Part shown: positions 59,981-64,000 of the stretch, one piece after another
Layout of the letters: the number at the start of each line of letters is the position of its first letter
Numbering within the stretch: position 1 is the stretch's first letter
NCBI GenBank assembly: GCA_043228905.1
Contig: JBHGNT010000020.1
Location: 1,612,001-1,676,000 of the forward strand
DNA length: 64,000 bases
Source: Azolla caroliniana
Lineage: Eukaryota > Plantae > Polypodiophyta
Direction of reading: 5' to 3'
Position numbers and translations under genes: made by a program
The notes under the pieces: model-generated
Seen by the model: only the letters and a program-made list of their open reading frames with translations
What the model was told of the DNA's origin: nothing
The model's database searches: none

Positions 59981-62297
59981 CCATGTTCACTGGTTCTGCC
60001 CAGTACGATTTCAGCAGATTCTTCTCATTCATCATTTCATGTGCAACCTCTATGATGTGCCGATTCTTCTGTTCGGTTACACCATTTTGCTGAGGTGTAT
60101 GGCGGCACGAAAATTCTCTTCGTATGCCATAAACTCGTCGGAGAAAAATTCTTTGCCTCCATCCGATCGAAGGCATCGTACATGCCGACCCGTGGCTTTT
60201 TCAACTTTGTTTTTGAACCTTTGGAAGTAGCTGAACACTTTGCTCTTCTGTTTCATCGGGTAGAGCCAGGTATGCCTGGCGAAGTCGTCGATGAACGTGA
60301 CATAATATCGGCAACCACCGAATGTTGTTGTCGGGGTTGGTCCCCACACATCTAAATGTACTACATCCAGGATCCCTTTGCTCACATTCCTCTCTTCGGG
60401 AATGGATGTCGGCATTGTTTTCCTAACTGGCATGCCTCGCATATGCCCGTAATCTCCTTCTCAGTAAATGTTGGGAGTCCGATGGCAACTCCTTTTGACT
60501 GCATGTTTTGGAGCTTTTGAAGATTGATGTGGTCGATTCTCTTGTGCCACAATTTCAAGTCGGTTTTGACTTTAAGACCTGTCGCGAACACAACCGATTT
60601 CACCTCTTATGATTCGAGGATGAACATTCGGCCTTCTTGGCGACCATGCGCTATGATTTGATCGTCCTTTTCGATGAAGCACCCTTCATTATTGAATTGT
60701 ACTTCCATACCTTGTTTGACAATCTGGCCGACCAAGACCAGGTTTTTCATGATGGTTGGGACATGCAAGAGGTTCTTGAGGTAGGTTTGTTTGTCGTCAT
60801 TTCCGAATGGAACATTTCCGAAATGTTGAATTGGGAGAATCATATCATCTCTGGTTTCAACATACTAGGGTCGATCAGGCTTTCGTAATTCTCGGAACCA
60901 ATATTCATGGGACGTCATGTGATTGGATGATCCCAAGTCGACAAACCATATGCTATCTAAAGAAGAGGTGCTAGTCGAGGCTTGTGTCGTCATCGAATGT
61001 GCTTCATGCCTCATTATGAACATCCCGCCACGATCGTCGTAGTTGGAATTTGAAGCGTAGTTCGTGGGTTGTCAGCTAGTCGAAGCCAAGTCTCGTACCT
61101 TTTTTCGGCACTCCTCTTCATAGTGGTCGTGTTTTCCACAGTACTCACATTTGATCGAGTTGTTACAATTGCTCAGTCCGGCGAGGTGGCTCCCCCTTAT
61201 GCTGAACTCTCTAGGATTGTTTCTGTCCCCTTGCCATTGATGGAAAATACGCTATTGAGTCGGCTGACTGTGTCGGCCTCGTCCGGGCCGACCTCCATTT
61301 CCATGGCCAAATCCTCTTCTATCATCCGACTGTGAGTAGAGCATCTGATCATCAGACTCATTGTTCCTTTGCCGAACATGATTTTCTTAGATCAATAGAA
61401 TTGATTGAAGGTTGAAAAATGAAGGAGGGTTCTCCCTCGTAAGAATGGTTGATCTAATCGTGTTGAATCGAGGTGCCAAGCTGTTGAGGCATATTTGCAT
61501 CATTTTGTCATCGTCGATTATGACATTAATAGAACTGAGGGCATCTCACAACTCCTTCATCTTCAAGGTATAGTCGGTGATCGATATGTCCCTCTGTTGC
61601 ATGTTGTTTAGCTTCTTTCGAAGTTGGAGCTTTCATGCAGCCGTAGTGGACGCAAAAATCTTCTTGAGATTTCCCCATGCTTCTTTCGGTGTTTTCGAAT
61701 CTCGAATATAGCCTAGCATGTGGTCATGAATGGATGACGCAAGGCAGTATAACACACGGCTTGCGGCATGCTCCCTTGCTAGGTAGTCGGCATGTGTCGG
61801 GTTGGGTTGCTCCCACGCTGGGTTGCTCCCAAGATGCGAAGTTTGTTCTATCGAGCTTCTTGGTAGGAAGAGCGTTTCCCATCTGGGTGTTCATTGTCGA
61901 ACTTCTTCTACTCTTGATGCGAGTTGTGCAGAAATCGTTGCAGCAACGATCAATTGGTTCTCTACTAGCTTGAGCACGACACATATGAAGGCGATGGGCT
62001 TGGATCAAGCTACCACACACTCTGATACCATGTAAAGAATCAAGAGTGATTCTGTACAACGGAAGGACTATGTGTGTGTGTATGTGCACGTGAGACAAGA
62101 GAGAGAATGAGAGACAGAGAGAACTATAACAAGAAATTGTATATTACATCCAATAGTAACTAAGTTACAAAAAGGTTGGTTTCAGTACCAACTAGGCTAG
62201 GGCAAATGCCCTTTCAACTATTTACAAAACTAGCCTCGTATGTCCATGAACTAGTGTGAAACCTATCTCTATGGGAAGTTGAGTTCGACTCTCAACA
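59981..62297 (-). mobile_element. CopK: 5' part of a CopA/CopI-related copia (LTR 62031-62297, PBS, gag-PR-INT)
   Basis: TGTTGAGAG...TTTACA then TGGTATCAGAGT; KKLDRTNFASW, LWHKRIDH, HLDVWGP; interrupted by GyF. Confidence 0.88.
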
Positions 62298-63895
62298 ATC
62301 CTGTTCGGATGATCTCCGGTGTCCGCTTCGGCTCATACCCAGTTTAGACAGTATCCGGTTCTCGCTTGTACTCCCCCTCAAGCTTGGCAAATAAGGGATC
62401 GTCAATCCAAGGTCTGACATGAATTACCGAAGCTTTTCGGCTCCTAGGGCTTTGGTGAAGATGTTGACCGTTTGAAGATTCGTGTTGATGTGTTGAAGGT
62501 CGACATCTATGGCCTGAACACACTCTCGAATGAAGTGATAGTGCACTTCAATATGCTTTGTGTGTGCATGGAACACCGGGTTCCGAGCCAAATAAGTACC
62601 ACTCATGTTGTCGCAGTAAAGGGGAGTCAGATCCTTGATGGGAATGCCTAGATCCTTCAAAATCCTCTTGAGCCATACGACTTTACATGTAGCTACGGTT
62701 GCGCCTCTATATTCGGCCTCCGTACTCGAAAGTGCGACGGTAGTTTGCTCCTTACTACTCCAAGATATCGCATATTGCTTCGTTGCCAAGGGAGAAGACA
62801 AAACCAGAGGTTGATCGTCGATCGGCTTTGTAGCAGGCTCAATCGGCATCCGTGTACCCTTCGAATCGAATTGGTGCGGCCGATGCGTAGAGAACTCCAT
62901 AATCCATTGTGTTGCTCACGTATCGTAATATTCGCTTAGTGCAATTGAAATGGATATCTCGCGGAGTTTGCATGAATTGGCTAAGGAGTCCAACTGGATA
63001 GAGTCGGCTCGCACTCTTCCGTGACAGAGTCAGCATCTAATTTGAGGTTTCGATTGAGAGGAGTTGCCACAGATTTACACTCAGTCATCCCGAACAAGTT
63101 GAGGATGTAGTGCCATTGAGAGAATGCCGGTCGGAATCCGAATTACTTCGATTCAAAGGAAGTAATGAAGCTCCTTCATGTCCGTCATCTCGAATTTGCC
63201 GGCGAGGAGAGACTTGACCTTGTTGATGTCAACTAAATGCTCACCTCCAATAACTAGATCATCCACATATAGGATGATGACAATCGAGCTTCTAGAATCG
63301 TTTCGTATGTAGAGGGAGTTGTCAGATTTCGACATTCGAAAGCCGATTTGATGAAGATATTGCATTATCTTCAAATGCCAAGCACGCGGTGCTTGCTTAA
63401 GGCCGTAAAGAGGCTTCTTGAGTTGGCATACGACTTTCGGATGAATGTTGGATTCAAAGCCGAGTGGTTGTACCATGTACACCTCTTCTAATTCGCCTTG
63501 GAGAAAGGCGTTCTTTACGTCCATCTGATGGAGGTGTCACCATTTCGCCGCTACGAGTGCAATTACGGTCCGCACAGTCATCATCTTTGCCACCAGTGCA
63601 AATGTCTCTTCGTAGTCAACTCCATGTGTTTGTGCGTATCCTTTTGCTACGAGTCGAGCTTTGTAGCGGTTTATGGAGCCGTCAGCATTATACTTCACCT
63701 TGTAGATCCATCTGTAGCCGATCACCTTCTTGTGCGGTGAGTTAGGACAAGATCCCATGTCTTATTTTTGGAGAGTGCTTGCATCTCCTCATTCATCGCT
63801 TCAACCCATTTGGGGTCCTTCGCGGCTTCGGAAAACATTTCCGGCTCCCATATTGTTGCCACCTTCATCATAAAGGCGTAATGGTACGCCATATA
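62298..63895 (-). mobile_element. CopL: copia RT-RH fragment
   Basis: [42 protein letters not shown]. Confidence 0.9.
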
Positions 63896-64000
63896 TGTTG
63901 GGAAATTGGTCTCTCCGGATGGGATTTGGTGATGAATAAAGAGAACCAGGTGAGAATCGGAAGAGATCCGGAAACTGAAGGAGACCTGGTGAGAACCGGA
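63896..64000 (+). repeat. Start of a CopE/CopJ-type LTR running off the window
   Basis: TGTTGGGAAATTGGTCTCTCCGGATGGGAT resembles the LTR starts at 24042, 31446 and 46756. Confidence 0.75.

Noticed and set aside
62298-62385. GAGGGGGAG near 62375 as the PPT of LTR 62031-62297
   Set aside because: It lies about 75 bp from the LTR and corresponds to the RH-terminal LRG motif; the LTR is better read as CopK inserted into CopL.

Overview
Gene-free eukaryotic heterochromatin-like DNA, probably from a non-seed land plant (inferred from a Tcn1-type chromovirus and plant tRNA-iMet, Trp and Arg primer sites). It is almost entirely nested retrotransposons: a decayed L1-like LINE plus about 18 Ty1/copia and Ty3/gypsy elements or solo LTRs, stacked up to 7-8 layers deep, most with boundaries readable from LTR termini and target-site duplications (TSDs). 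Only one element looks intact: a young chromovirus (39961-45631) with a perfect heat-shock element, a Tf1-type self-priming site and a -1 frameshift signal. The most unusual observations are: (1) a circularly permuted gypsy segment (36484-45873) that looks like a re-integrated extrachromosomal circle; (2) tRNA-like A-box/B-box modules recurring in LTRs of several different families; (3) a gypsy element (15240-25381) carrying a 3' cargo with an antisense hydrophobic ORF, a sense acidic ORF and an internal PPT/PBS pair. No host genes, rRNA genes, true tRNA genes or CRISPR arrays are supported. All boundaries were read by eye and may be off by a few bases.
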